A stretch of 64,000 nucleotides of DNA from assembly GCF_009914755.1 (NCBI RefSeq), contig NC_060937.1; one strand, 5' to 3'. The notes beneath the pieces were generated by a model, which worked only from the letters and a program-made list of their open reading frames with translations, searched no databases and was not told the DNA's origin. A program made the position numbers and the translations under genes. Shown piece by piece: positions 42,160-55,171 of this stretch. The number at the start of each line of letters is the position of its first letter. Within the stretch, counting starts at the first letter, position 1. Source of the DNA: the human T2T-CHM13v2.0 reference genome, Homo sapiens.

Positions 42160-43310
42160 AGGCAGAATTCAAAAGGGCTCCTGTACTAGTTTGCTAAGGT
42201 TGCTATAACAAAGTACCACAGACTTGGTGACTTAAACAGCAGAGGTTTATTTTCTCAGCAGTTCCGGAGGTTAAGAGTGTGAAATCAAGGTGTTGGCAGC
42301 ATTGGTTCCTTCTGAGGGGTCTGAGGAAGGGATGTATTCCAGGTCTTTCTCCTTGTCTTGTAGGTAGCTATTTTCTTATTTATATGCCTGTGGAGCAGGT
42401 TGACTGTGCACTGGTTAACACTTCAGCCCACTGCATCCTGGGCTTTACTTTTACTACCTGTCTGAGTCTGGTAAAACAAAACAGTCACATACAAAATAAG
42501 TTACATAAATCAGGTTTATTACTTACAGATAGCCACCAAGGGAAAACTGAAACCCAGGTTTCATAGTGAGCAGATCCCTTGAGGCTCAGGGAAGCTGCCT
42601 GGGGCAGAGAGAGTCTTGTCTGTGTATCTTCACTTGCAACACACCTGTGGGACCCCCGAAGGCAGCCCAGCCTGGGTTTTATACCCCAGAGCTTCATACT
42701 TTACTGGGTAAAAGCATTATAGGACATTTTGTTTCTAGGAAGAACAAGAACATAGCTTATGCTCTTTCAGCCAGTTATTCTTTATCTCAGAATGTTGCAT
42801 CCCCAGTACATCCTATTTTTTTTTTATTCCTGAGAACTACAGATGATAGAGGGAAATAATTGAATTGCTAACTCAGAGAATTTGTCTGCAATGGCATGAT
42901 CCCTAAAGACATGGTTGTTTCCAAATTTCTCCGTTTCATAAAACCATCTATCATAGTGAATTAGCGATCCATTCTACTATAGTATGACTTCATCCTTACT
43001 CATTATACAGGCAAAGACCCCATTTTCACATAAGATCACGTTCTGAGATACTGGAGATTAAGACTTCAACATATCAATGTTAGGGGAACACAATTCAACA
43101 CATAATGGCCCCAAGATCCCATTCTTTAATGTGCACACATGTTCTCCCAGTTACTCAATGAAACACTAACATAGATGCTGCTGTGAAGGGATTTTGCAGA
43201 TGCATTTAAGGTCCTAAATCAGCCAAATTTCAAAAGGGCTATTGTCTGGACTAACCCTAAACCAATCAGATGAGTCACTGAAAGGAACTGAACTCTTTCT
43301 AGTATTAGAT
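42160..43310. mobile_element. Nested LTRs: old MLT1 (E/F-like) > MLT1B-like (minus, 42182-43086) > ERVL-class LTR (MER54/74-like, about 42389-42890)
   Basis: TGTACTAGTTTGCTAAGGTTGCTATAACAAAGTACCACAGAC start and …GGGGAACACAATTCAACACATAA end; internal TGTGGAGCAGGTTGACTGTGCACTGGTTA. Confidence 0.7.
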
Positions 43311-43879
43311 ATTCTTATGATAGATATTATTTTATGATAGTCTCCATGCTGCCTCAAATTATCTTCAAAACCTTCTTATTTTTCTTCTATCCGTCTATAG
43401 TATATCACTTGCCACAATCTGACATTTTATTTTTTAGTATAGAAGCCTTCCATGATCTTTATGGAAGTGATTCCTATCACTCCCCTTCAGTCTTGTTAGT
43501 TTTTTGTTTGTTTTTGTTTTTTTGTCACAAGCTCACTGAACTAGGAGATACTGTATAGTTTCACCTTGATCTGTCATGACTGTAATTTCCTAAACACACC
43601 TTATTCTCTTCCTAGAATGCACTTTCTTATTTTAGTGACTAATGAGATTGCCCATGAATATTTTAGAATCTAATTACTAACACCTTTTCTGTGATATCTT
43701 CATTGTTTTCTTCCATAACCAGAAATAAACTTACATTTGCCTATGTTTTCATCACAAAATGTGGCAACTCTTTTATAATCCTCATCCAATAATATTACCA
43801 AATGCTCTTAGTAATTATTTATATCATGTTTATCCTCTCAACCTGACTGTTATCTCTTTAAAATCAGAATATTTACATT

Positions 43880-43943
43880 ACATATATATATATACACATA
43901 TGTTTGTGTGTGTGTGTGTATATATACATATATACACACACCA

Positions 43944-43996
<53 letters not shown>
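43880..43996. repeat. (TA)n/(TG)n microsatellite with a long pure TA tract
   Basis: Read directly from the sequence. Confidence 0.95.
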
Positions 43997-43997
<1 letters not shown>

Positions 43998-45674
43998 TCT
44001 GGTCCTTCATTAGGAAAGAAGTAATAAATTTGTAAGCTTGAAAGAGACATTTCAACTAATATCTCATTATTATTATTATATAATCAGCATAAAGAGTGAT
44101 AGTGCACGCAGTTGGGCATTTTTCTTAGGATAAGTGATACATACTTGATGATTGATTTTACACAAATCCCACCAATCTGCTATATTGTAAATGAAGACAG
44201 AAAAATTATCTTACTCATCAGAAAAAAATATCAAGGCAAATTTGTTCTTGGAAACAATATGCTCATAAGATTTTAGTAATTACTTCTGAGCCTTTTTGTA
44301 TTTTACTTACTACCATCCTCCATATGCCTTTGATATTTTTTGGCATATATACATCTTCCATATTTCTTTTTACATAAAAATATTATAAAAACACTGTTTC
44401 TCAAAGCTGGTCCATTGCTCATACTTTTCTAAGTACTTTTGGAGTACCATATTCAAGGAAATGTACAAACTGAATTGAACTTAATTTGTAATTATGACTA
44501 TATCTGCTTTTAACCATTCCTATCTTCATGATACATCATGTACTCTATATAGCACAAAAATGTCTCAAAAGAAACTTATTTCCTAATTTTCCTTTCATTG
44601 TTAAAAAACACTTAAACCAAATATAGTGGTGTTCATTTTATCACTATATGAGCAAATATATGTTAAATGTGTACCTTGTATATAAGAACATATTTTTATA
44701 TTAGCTTTGCTTAGATTATTATGTATAGTTTTTCATTCTGATGTTCAATATATTATATTTAGTCTCAAAGAATCTGGCTTCAATGCAAAGTAAGATTTAT
44801 CTACTAAATTATATTTTTACAGCTATACATTCATATTTTCTGTCTCTGATTCAACAATATTCTGGTGATGATGCACTTAGGTTATTAAAATAGGTAGACT
44901 ACATTGTTTAATTTGTATTCTGTCATTTGTTCATCCATAGGTCAATGTAGAAAGTATAAAAATTTCTGTTGTTCTCTTTTAATGTTGAGGTTTCCTGATG
45001 TCTTTGTCTTGCTCAAACCCAGTCACCCGATCTCAGACTGTCATTCACCATCCTGTTCGGCTGGCTTGTGCTGTTTCACAGGAGTTTCCATGTGGGTCAC
45101 ACAGTCTGAGATTGCATGCTTCAGTTTCTGCCAGCCAGTCCTACAGGTCAGGACCTGCTGTTACCCAACCTTGCATAAGTCCTGGAGAGCTGCACCAGAG
45201 CAAAACAATGCTGACAGACTGGCAGTGTCCCAAGGCCTTGTTGGTAAGAATCCTGTCTTACATTTGGTCTCTCCCACTGGAATGACAGAAACTCCAAATT
45301 ATCCTGCATTCTTTGGCCCACAAAACACTATCCTATTTAATAGAACTCTTCCTTGAAAATTGTTTCCTTAAGAAATAGTGATAGAGAATTTCATTCAGAT
45401 AAACAGGTAATTGTAAACATAAGAGGATTGCTTTTAACATTTTTTATTTTAAACAATTTTAAAGTTACAGAAAAATTGTAAGCATAGTATAAGGATTTTC
45501 CATATACTTATCAAAGACATTCACCAAGTTTTAACATTTGGAAGCATGGAATCATATATTCTCTGTGTGTAGGGGGAGTATGTGTGTGTTCGTATGGTTT
45601 TATATATGATTATATATATATGGTTTATATATACAGTATATGGATGTTGTGTATATATACAAACACACCACATA

Positions 45675-45841
45675 CAGTCATGTGTCACATAATGATATTT
45701 TGGTCAAGGACAGATCACATATACAATGTTGATTCTGTAAGATTACAATATTGTATTTTTACTGTACCTTTTTTATGTGTAGCTACAAAAATACTAACAT
45801 CATGTTACAATTCCCTACAGTATTCAGTACAATAACATGCT
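45675..45841 (+). mobile_element. Tigger3 MITE left part; right part absent
   Basis: CAGTCATGTGTCACATAATGATATTTTGGTCAAGGACAGATCACATATAC TIR/left end. Confidence 0.75.
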
Positions 45842-47397
45842 TGTATTTGTTCGCTTTCATGCTACTGATAAAAACATACCCAAGACTGGGAAGAAAAAGA
45901 TGTATAATTAGACTTACAGTTCCGCATGGCCAGGGAGGTCTCAGAATCACAGCAGGAGGCAAAAGACATTTCTTACATGATGGCGGCAAGAGAAAATGAG
46001 GGAAAAGCAAAAGCGGAAAACCCTGATAAACCCATCACATCTCATGAAACTTATTCACTATCACGAGAATAGCACAGGAAACACTAACACCCATGATTCA
46101 ATTACCTCTCCCTGGGTCCCTCCCACAACATGTGGGAATTCTGGGAGACACAATTCAAGTTGAGATTTGGGTAGGGACACAGCCAAATCATATCATTTTG
46201 CCTGTGACCCCTCCAAATATCATGTCCTCATATGTCAAAATCAATCATGTCTTCCCAACAGTCCCCAAAAGTCTTAACTCATTTCAACATTAACCCAAAA
46301 GTCCACAGTCCAAAGTCTCATCTGCGACGAGGCAAGTGCCTTCCACCTATGAGCTTGTAAAATCAAAAGCAAGCTAGTTATTTTGTAGATACAATGGGGG
46401 TATGGGTATCGAGTAAATACAGTCATTCCACTTGGGAGAAATTGGCCAAAACAAAGGGGTTACAGGGCCCATGCAAGTCCAAAATACAATGGGGCAGTCA
46501 AATTTCAAAGTTCCAAAATGATCTCCTTTGACTCCAGGTCTAACATCCAGGTCATGCTGATGCAAGGGGTGGGTTCCCATGGTCTTTGATAGCTCTGACC
46601 CTGTGGCTTTGCAGGGTACAGCCTCCCTCCTGGTTGTTTTCATGGGTTGAAGTTGAGTGTCTGTGGCTTTTCCAGGTGCACAGTGCAAGTGTGGGTGGAT
46701 CTGTCCAACTGTTGGTGGACCTACCCTTCTGGGGTGTGGAGGACAGTGGCCCTCTTCTCACAGCTCCACTAAGCAGGGCCCCATAGAGACTCTTTGGGGG
46801 TTCTCCGACTCCACATTTTCCTTCTGCACTGCCTTAGCAGAGATTCTCCATGAGGGCCCTGACCCTGTAGCAAACTTTTTACTAGGCATCCAGGCATTTC
46901 CAACATCTTCTGAAATCTAGACAGAGGTTCCCAAACCTCAATTATTGACTTCTGGGCAACTGCAGGCTTAACACCACGTGGAAACTGCCAAGGCTTGGGG
47001 TTTCCAGCCTCTGAAGCCAAAGCTCAAGCTGTACATTGGCCCTTTTGAGCCATGGCTGGAGCAGCTGGCACACAGAGCACTACGTCTCTAGGCTGCATAC
47101 AGCACATGGACGCTGGGCCCAGGCCACAAAACCACTTTTTCCTCCTGGATCTCCAAGCATATGATGGGAGGGGATGGCATGAAGGTCTCTAACGTGGCCT
47201 GGAGACATTTTGCCCATGGTCTCGGGGATTAACATTAGGCTCCTTGCTACTTATGCAAATTTCTGTAGCCAGCTTGAATTTCTCCACAGAGAATGGGATT
47301 TTCTTTTCTATCACATAATCAGGCTGCAAATTTTCCAAACTTGTATGCTCTGCTTCCTTTATAAAACTGAATGCCTTTAACGGCAGCCAAGTCACGT
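45842..47397 (-). mobile_element. THE1 (B-like) LTR (45842-46195) plus THE1 internal sequence (46196-47397), interrupted by HERV9
   Basis: THE1 LTR ends …AGCCAAATCATATCA; characteristic THE1-int follows (…AAAAGTCCACAGTCCAAAGTCTCATCTG…). Confidence 0.92.
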
Positions 47398-47915
47398 TGA
47401 GATGTGAAGCCAGCTGGACTTGCTGGGTCGAGTGGGGACTTGGAGAACTTTTCTGTCTTACAAGAGGATTATAAAATGCACCAATTAGTGCTCTGTAAAA
47501 ACGCACCAATCAGCACTCTGTAGCTAGCAAGGGGATTGTAAAATGCACCAATCAGTACCCTGAAAATGCAACAATCAGCACTCTGTAAAATGCACCAATC
47601 AGCAGGATCCTAAAACTAGCCAATCACAGGGAGGATTGATAAAGGAGCACTCTGATAGGACAAAAACAGAACATGGGAGGGGACAAACAAGGGAATAAAT
47701 GCTGGCCACCCCAGCCAGCAGCAGCAACTCACTCGGGTCTCCTTACACACTGTGGAAGCTTTGTTCTTTCACTCTTCACAATAAATCTTGCTGCTGCTCA
47801 CTCTTTGGGTCTGTGCCATCTTTAAAAGCTGTAACACTCACTGCGAAGGTCCATGGCTCCATTCTTGAAATCAGCAAAACCACAAACCCACTGGCAGGAA
47901 CCAACTCTGGACACA
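47398..47915 (+). mobile_element. LTR12 (LTR12F-like) 5' LTR of HERV9
   Basis: TGAGATGTGAAGCCAGCTGGACTT…GGACACA, tandem GCACCAATCAG repeats, AATAAA signal. Confidence 0.92.
47475..47630 (+). promoter_or_regulatory. LTR12 U3 CCAAT-box (NF-Y) tandem array
   Basis: Repeated (A)TGCACCAATCAG units. LTR12 promoters are known to depend on NF-Y; activity at this copy is not shown. Confidence 0.6.
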
Positions 47916-47918
47916 TCT

Positions 47919-47936
47919 TGGGAGCTCCTCTGGGAT
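47919..47936 (+). other. Primer-binding site resembling tRNA-Pro
   Basis: TGGGAGCTCCTCTGGGAT, 3 nt after the LTR end; 15/18 match to the Pro PBS TGGGGGCTCGTCCGGGAT. Confidence 0.7.
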
Positions 47937-49017
47937 ATTGTCATGTGGTGAGTACCATCGGACCCCTTTTGCTTGCCATTCTGTCCTATTTTTCTTTAGA
48001 ATTTGGGGGCTAAACACCAGGCACCTGTCACCCAGTTAAAAGCGACTAGTGCAGCTACAACACTAAAGACATGGGTATCAGTCTTTCTGGGAAAGGGCTC
48101 TCTAACAAAACCTGACACTTCGGAGTCGGGAGCGTCGGTTTTCTGGGAACCAGCTTCCACTTTTCCTGTACTTTGGGCTGAGCCAAAGGTCAACAGACAG
48201 AAAAGCCATTCAGCTCCAGGGTCCCAACAAAAAGTTGGTTTACCCTGCAGCCATGAGCGGAACTCTCAAAGTTACGTTGCCCAAGTGAGATTTACCCATA
48301 TATCCTATCTATCCTGACCCTTGCCTCCTGGGTCCTAACACCTATCAGACAAACTTTCTCTTGCCTCTCTTCTATGAGGCTAGTCCTGCTTCTAAAAACC
48401 ACTCCCTGTCTCTGGTGCTTTTCTAGTTTCTCCTATAAAGACTTTTAGTATAAACTTCAGGGCTCTGTTCCCTTCTTTAGGCACCCAGGCTCACCAATCA
48501 GAAAGACATAGTTTTTTCTCAAAGCCCCATCGGGGGGGTACCATCCAAACTTTCAGAATCCCTCCTCAGACTAGCCTGCCTAACAAAGGCTATTCCTGAA
48601 GCTAGGACATGGGGAGCCTCAGAAATTACAGACTCCAAAATTGGGGGGCTATCCTTCCTATTCACATGATGAGAAGTGAGGACAAAAGGTGTCACTCTTC
48701 CAACCCTGGAGATCCCTTCCCTCCCTCAAGGTATGGCCCTCCACTCCATTTTGAGGCATATCATCTTTATGGGATAAGGGTAAGGTCCCAATACTAAAAG
48801 GAGAAAATGCTTAGGACTGTAATTGATTTTTGAGAATGCATCAGTAAGGGCCACTAAATCCGATTTTTCTCAGTCCTCTTTGTAGTCTAGGATGAAAACT
48901 AGTGTTTCTGCTGCTGCTTTGGTGAGTGCCAACTATTCTGAACAGCAGGGTCCAGGGACTGTTGCAGGTTCTCGGGCAGGGGAAAAAAAAAAAACTGCAG
49001 GAGGTTTTTTCTTTCAG

Positions 49018-50455
49018 ATGGGAAACACTCAGGCATCAACAGGCTCACCCTTGAAATGCATCCTAAGCCATTGGGACCAATTTGACCTGCAAATCCTGAA
49101 AAATAGGTAAGTGGCTCATTTTTTTCTGCATTATGGCCTGGCCCCAGTATTCCCTCTCTGATGGGAAAAAATGGCCACCTGAAGGAAGTATAAATTATAA
49201 TACTATCCTGCAACTTGACCTTTTCTGTAAGAGGGAAGGCAAATGGAGTGAAATACCTATGTCCAAGCTTTCTTTTTATTGAAGGATAATCCACAACTAT
49301 GCAAAACTTGCAATTTACATCCCACAGGAGGACTTCTCAACTTACCTCCATATCCTAGCCTCCTTACAGCTTCCCTTCCTATTAATGATAAGCCTCCTCT
49401 AATCTCCCCCACCCAGAAGGAAGCAAGCAAGGAAATCTCCAAGGGACCACAAAACCCCCCGGGCTATCGTTTATGTCCCCTTCAAGCTGTAGGGAGAGGG
49501 GAATTTGGCTCAACCCAGATACATGTCCCCTTCTCCCTCTCTGATTTAAAGCAGATCAAGGTAGACCTGGGGAAGTTTACAGATGATCCTGATAGGTATA
49601 TAGATGTCCTACAGGGTCTATGGCAAACTTTTGACCTCACTTGGAGAGGTGTCATGCTATTGTTAGATCAAACCCTGGCCTTTAATGAAAAGAATGTGGC
49701 TTTAGCTACAGCCTGAGAGTTTGGAGATAACCTGGTATCTTAGTCAAGCAAATGATAGAATGACAGCCGAATAAAGGGACAAATTCCCTACTGTTCAGCA
49801 AGCCATCCTCAGTATGGATCTCCAGTGGGACCTAGACTCAGATCATGGGGACTGGAGTCGCAAACATCTGTTGACCTGTGTTCTAGAAGGACTAAGAAGA
49901 ATTAGAAAAAACCCCATGAATTATTCAATGATGTCCACCATAACTCAGGGAAAGGAAAATCCTACCGCCTTACTCTAGCGGCTACAGGAGGCCTTAAGAA
50001 AATATACTCCCTTGTTTGATCCTAAAAGATAAGTTTATTACCCAATCAGCCACAGATATCAGGAGAAAGTTCCCAAAGTGAACCCTGGGCTTGAACAAAA
50101 TCTGGAGGCATTATTAAGCCTGGCAACCTCAGTGTTCTATAATAGGGACCAAGAAGAACAGGCCGAAAAGGAAAAGCGAGATAAGAGAAAGGCCGCAGCC
50201 TTAGTCATGGCCCTCAGACAAACAAACCTTGGTGGTTCAGAGAGGACAGAAAATGGAGCAGGCCAATCACCTGATAAGGTTTGTTATCAGTGTGGCTTGC
50301 AAGGACACTTTAAAAAAGATTGTCCAATGAGAAACAAGCTGCCCCTTCGCCCATGTCCACTATGCCAAGACAATCACTGGAAGGCACACTGCCCCAGAGA
50401 ACAAAGGGTCTCTGGGCCAGAAGCTCCCAACCAGATGATCCAACAACAGAACTGA
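49018..50455 (+). pseudogene. gag: HERV9 gag, disrupted by stops and frameshifts
   Basis: MGNTQASTGSPLKCILSHWDQFD (myristoylation Gly), PPPY-like LPPYPS, capsid VPFSLSDLKQIKVDLGKFTDDPDRYID, zinc knuckles CYQCGLQGHFKKDC and CPLCQDNHWKAHC. Confidence 0.92.
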
Positions 50456-51194
50456 GGGTGTCTGGGGCAAGCGCCAGCTCATGTCATCACCCTCACTGAG
50501 CCCTGTGTATGTTTAACCAGTGAGAGCCAGGAAATTGACTTCCTCCTGGACACTGGCACAGCCTTCTCAGCGTTAATCTCCTGCCCTGGATGGCTATCCT
50601 CAAGGTCCATTACCATCCGAGGAATCCTGGGACAGCCTGTAACCAGGTATTTCTCCCACCTCCTCAGTTGTAATTGGGAGACTTTGCTCTTTTCACATGC
50701 CTTTCTTGTTACACCTGAAAGTCCCACACCCTTATTAGGGAGGGACATATTAGCCAAGGCTGGAGCTATTATCTACATGAATATGGGGAACAAGTTACCC
50801 ATTTATTGTCCCCTACTTGAGGAGGAAATCAACCCTGAAGTCTGGGCATTGGAAGGACAATTTGGAAGGGCAAAAAATGCCCACCCAGTCCAAACCAGGC
50901 TAAAAGACGCCACCACTTTTCCTTATCAAAGGCAACATCCCTTAAGGCCTGAAGCTCATAAAGAATTACAGGATATTGTTAGACATTTAAATGTTCAAGG
51001 CTTAGTAAGAAAATGCAGCAGTCCCTGCAACACCCCAATTCTAGGAGTACAAAAACCGAATGATCAGTGGAGACTAGTGCAAAATCTTAGACTCATCAAT
51101 GAGGCAGTATTTCCTCTATATCCAGTTGTACCCAACCCCTATACCCTGCTTTCTCAAATACCAGAGGAAGCAGAATAGTTCACTGTTCTGGACA
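50456..51194 (+). pseudogene. pol: HERV9 pro and 5' pol (RT), truncated
   Basis: FLLDTGTA protease motif, PLLGRDIL, SSPCNTPILGVQKPNDQWRLVQNLRLINEAV…NPYTLLSQIP. In-frame stop at 51176-51178; similarity ends at FTVLD. Confidence 0.92.
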
Positions 51195-51211
51195 TATGTT
51201 ATAGAGTAGCA

Positions 51212-51265
51212 TTAGGTTGGTGCAAAAGTAATCATGGTTTTTGCCATTACCTCTGTACCAACTAA
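51212..51265. mobile_element. MADE1 (Hsmar1 MITE), internally deleted
   Basis: TTAGGTTGGTGCAAAAGTAATCATGGTTTTTGCCATTAC…TGTACCAACTAA. Confidence 0.8.
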
Positions 51266-51289
51266 TAGACAGATTGCAAGTTTGTAAAT

Positions 51290-52630
51290 ATTTTGTGTAT
51301 TCAAAGAACTAAATTACATCAAATTTTGGAAAGAAAAAGCAATTTCTCTAAGTAGAAAATAAACAGAAACACATGAACCTACTTAAGTTCACAAAGAAAA
51401 AAATAGTAATTTCAACCAATTGAATATCACAGAACTCTTCTGGTAAAACCTTAGCAGGATTGAAAAAGTCTTAAAAGACATATTATCAATTATGGTATTT
51501 GTAATGCTATTTTGAAAAAAAGTTGATGAATACAGCAGGTACATATTTATTTATTGTATCAAGAACAAAGATTTTCAAATACAAAAAAAACCCTAAAATT
51601 ACATAATTGTGGAAATTAAGTAAATTTCCTATAATAATTTCATACCGAAAAATGCCAGTATGGACTCATTTAGGTTTCTTTTTTTCAAGTACATATATTT
51701 TCTGGCCTTCATCACAAAAACGGACCTAGAAAGCATGCAAACCCAGCAACAATGAAAGATTCTGTGATCTGGATTTTCCTGTCTGAATAGAATTTCTTAC
51801 CAAAATAAACTAATAAAGAAAGGGTTGATTTTGGGTATGTCGCAGGGAACTTACGACAAGTGTTAGAACACTGACTATCCTTGAAAGCAACAAAACTTTC
51901 TACTAACAAGGTGGTGGAAGGGGTAATGGCCGTGTTAGAAAGATCAAGGAACCAGTGTGAAGGTTTTCCTTATGGTCAGATTGGGACATAAAAATATACT
52001 AACTGTAAATGATTTTAAAACTATCTAAAATAAAAACCTTTAAGTCAAGAGTGGAGAGATAGGAAGAGAGAATGAGAATGAAGTTGATTATTACACCACC
52101 CTCTTGCTCTGAAAATTGATAGTTAAAAATAAAAAAACTAAGCATTTAACAAGCCTTTACAAGAAAAGATATATATATATATATGCATATTTCATATATA
52201 TATATGTCATCCAAGTTAGGAAGAAAAGTTCTCCTTTATAAAACAATTCCAGCTAATAAAAGAATGATAGAATGAGAAAATCACTAGAATGTGAGATAAA
52301 ATTGCAAAATTTTTCCAATCTATTTAACATATTAATGTCATTTTTACAAAATGGGCAGGAGATTTTTCTAGATAAAAATAGATGAGATATTCTGATTGAT
52401 CATATCCTACTATGTTTATGTAGGAGACTGTTCTTGTTTTAAGGAGATCTTTTCTAAGCTATTCTATGGAAAAGCATCATACTGTCTGCAACAAAATTTT
52501 AATATCTATATTTTTGGCATGTGTGGCAAAACTTAACTAATTTTGAGTCGAGGTGACAAATTGTGTTGGTCAATATAAATTTTTTTCAACTTTTCTGAAA
52601 ATTAGACATTTGTTGCAATAAAATTTGGGG
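51290..52630 (+). mobile_element. Degraded L1ME/L1M 3' fragments
   Basis: Weak L1M 3'UTR-like phrases. Confidence 0.35.
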
Positions 52631-54039
52631 GATTTTATTTTAGATTAAAATGTTAAGAAACCATGTACTCTCTTTGGTAGTCACCAAATAATATTTGTGT
52701 TATAATATTATATGAGGTAGAATATAAGAGATTAAATATATTATCATTATAATGCTATTTGCTATTTTCTGTACTGGTACAGGTACTGTAAACATGTAAC
52801 TTTTACAAATTATATTTAACTTTTTCTTATTATGTAAGTCATAATGCTTTAAAGAAAATATCCTATTTTGATATTTTAAGTCTTGTGAATGAATTATAAA
52901 CAGAATGTTAATTTTATGACCAGAGAAAGAGGTTGTTTGCAAGCAGAAAAACTTGGAATCAAATAAACAATTTTAAATAAAACATCAACTTTTATCCAGC
53001 CATTGTCAAAAATAAATAGTAAATGAAGAAAATAATTTATCTTCCTCCTATCTCAATCTTAGTTGGAAATGGGTACCAATTTAGCATCACAAATAGTATA
53101 TTACAATTACTTATTGACTAGACTGATAATTTCAGCCTTTCTTAATTTCAGTGGGTTAACCAAATTGAGAGCTAAACTCCATGAATTTAAACAAAAACAA
53201 ATAAACATAAACTACTGTTGGAGTGGTGTGACCAAGAAATTCGAACTTGCAATCTGTCCTTGCAAGTTCTCATCCTAGGTTATGAGGAAACTTGCAAGTT
53301 AGGAAAAATTATTTTGCATTCAAGAATTTAAGACATCATTGAATGCAATGGAATAAAGGAACAGGATAACGTATGGAATAAAGGAACAGGATGAGTTTAT
53401 GGAAGTGTGTGCAGACTTCCTGATAGAGATTCTTATTGGCCAAATTAAGGATTTTGTATTGTTGCTTGACTAATGAAAGATTTTCAAATATTTGTAGCAT
53501 TTACTATCATCTAGCTTATATTTACAAATGATCAAAATGTCTGTTATTTTAAAAAGGTACAAAAAGGGAGCAAGTTGAGTTTGTCAGGGAGAAAGGTGAG
53601 AGTTTTTTGGACTTTATTTTAATGTATAATAGCAATACAGGGAAGTATCCAATTTGAAATACGAAGTTTGAATTTGGAAGCTATGTCTCCATTACCCTGT
53701 ATTCTTAGCTTAAGGATATGTTTATTCTACTAAACGCACTTTAGAAATATTTTGTCCGGGGAAGGAAAATTTTCTTTAGTATTTCAATAATGGCTCTCTC
53801 TCTTATCATTCTTGACTAATTCAGGAAAAAACGAGAACCTTTACCACATTTTTGGCATTAAGCTATTTGATTTTTCAATGCATATTTTTTGAGAACCACA
53901 TATGTGAAAGGTGTTGCATTAGGTAATGACAAAAACAGAGAAAGCTCCTGAATTCTGGGAGCCTTTTTTCTAGTATGGAAGCACATATGAATCAGACAGT
54001 GAAACAAATGCATTTAAAATAAGGAATCTAGTAGATAAC

Positions 54040-54495
54040 ATGTAGTGGCTTTTCCAACATCCATTTCAATTTCCTTTTTGCATACAGTGATTAGAATGCT
54101 TAAAATATTACAATTTAGCCTCCATTAAAGCTATAGTTTGGAAGAATTTCTTTTTACTTATTGATTGTACTTGCAAGAGACTTTGATTTGAGACTGAATT
54201 GTGTGGCTAGAGGAGCTAGGTGCAGGGCTTCTGCTTTGATCTAGCACTTTACAGCAGCAATGGTAATGTTTTTCTGTGAACATTTGTTGTAGTAACAGAA
54301 TTTTGCAGTGAGATTAGGATTTTTCACCTATGGGGGCAACATGCTTGTGAATACAGGAATTTTCCAGGAAGTTCAAGTTGGAGGTTTCTCCACCTCTACC
54401 AATGAGCTTGTATGAACCTAAAATCATGTATTAGATTGCTTTTTGCACCAAACGTCTAGAGTAGATTCCGTTATTGGCATCTACAAACCACTAAG
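54040..54495 (+). mobile_element. Old ERVL-class LTR (LTR33-like)
   Basis: TGTAGTGGCTTTTCCAACATCC start and …CTAGAGTAGATTCCGTT 3' motif. Confidence 0.45.
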
Positions 54496-54609
54496 TAAAA
54501 TAAATAGGTAAATTAGAGATGGGAAACAGTCATTCTAGGACATCAGTTTCTGTGAGCGCCTGTTTACCCTATTTGGTTTGAAAGTTTTAATATTACCAAA
54601 GTGTGTTCA

Positions 54610-55171
54610 TGTATTAGTCAGGGTTCTCTAGAGGGACAGAACTAATGGAATATAAATATATATTTTTATTATATATATAATATATATTATACATATTATA
54701 TATTATTATATATAATAATAATATACATAATATTATTATAATATTATTATATATTTTATATTATATTATATATAATATAATATTAAATATAATATATAAT
54801 AATATTATATTATATTATATATTTTATATATAATAATATTTTATTATTATATATTATATAATAATATAATATAATATTAAATATAATATATAATATTATA
54901 TTATATTATTATATATTAATATATTATAATATATAGTATATACATAATAAACATATATATGTTTATTAAGTATTAAATTACACCTTACACCATCACAGAG
55001 TCCCACATTAGGCTGTCTGCAGGTTGAGGAGCAAGGAGAGTCAGTCAGAGTTCCAAAACTGAAGAAGTTGGAGTTGATGTTCAAGGGCAGGAAGCATCCA
55101 ACACGGGAGAAAGATTTAGTGCGGGAGGCTAGGCCAGTCTCTCTTTTCAAATTTTTCTGCTTGCTTATATT
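54610..55171 (-). mobile_element. MLT2A1 LTR (5'-truncated) with an expanded AT-rich tract at about 54650-54960
   Basis: TGTATTAGTCAGGGTTCTCTAGAGGGACAGAACTAAT…GGAAGCATCCAACACGGGAGAAAGAT. Confidence 0.88.

Noticed and set aside
49279-51178. Domesticated or intact HERV9 gag-pol
   Set aside because: Multiple stops and frameshifts, and RT is truncated before the YXDD motif.
54650-54960. AT-only tract as a distinct element
   Set aside because: It is an expansion and decay of the (TA)n region normally present in MLT2A LTRs.
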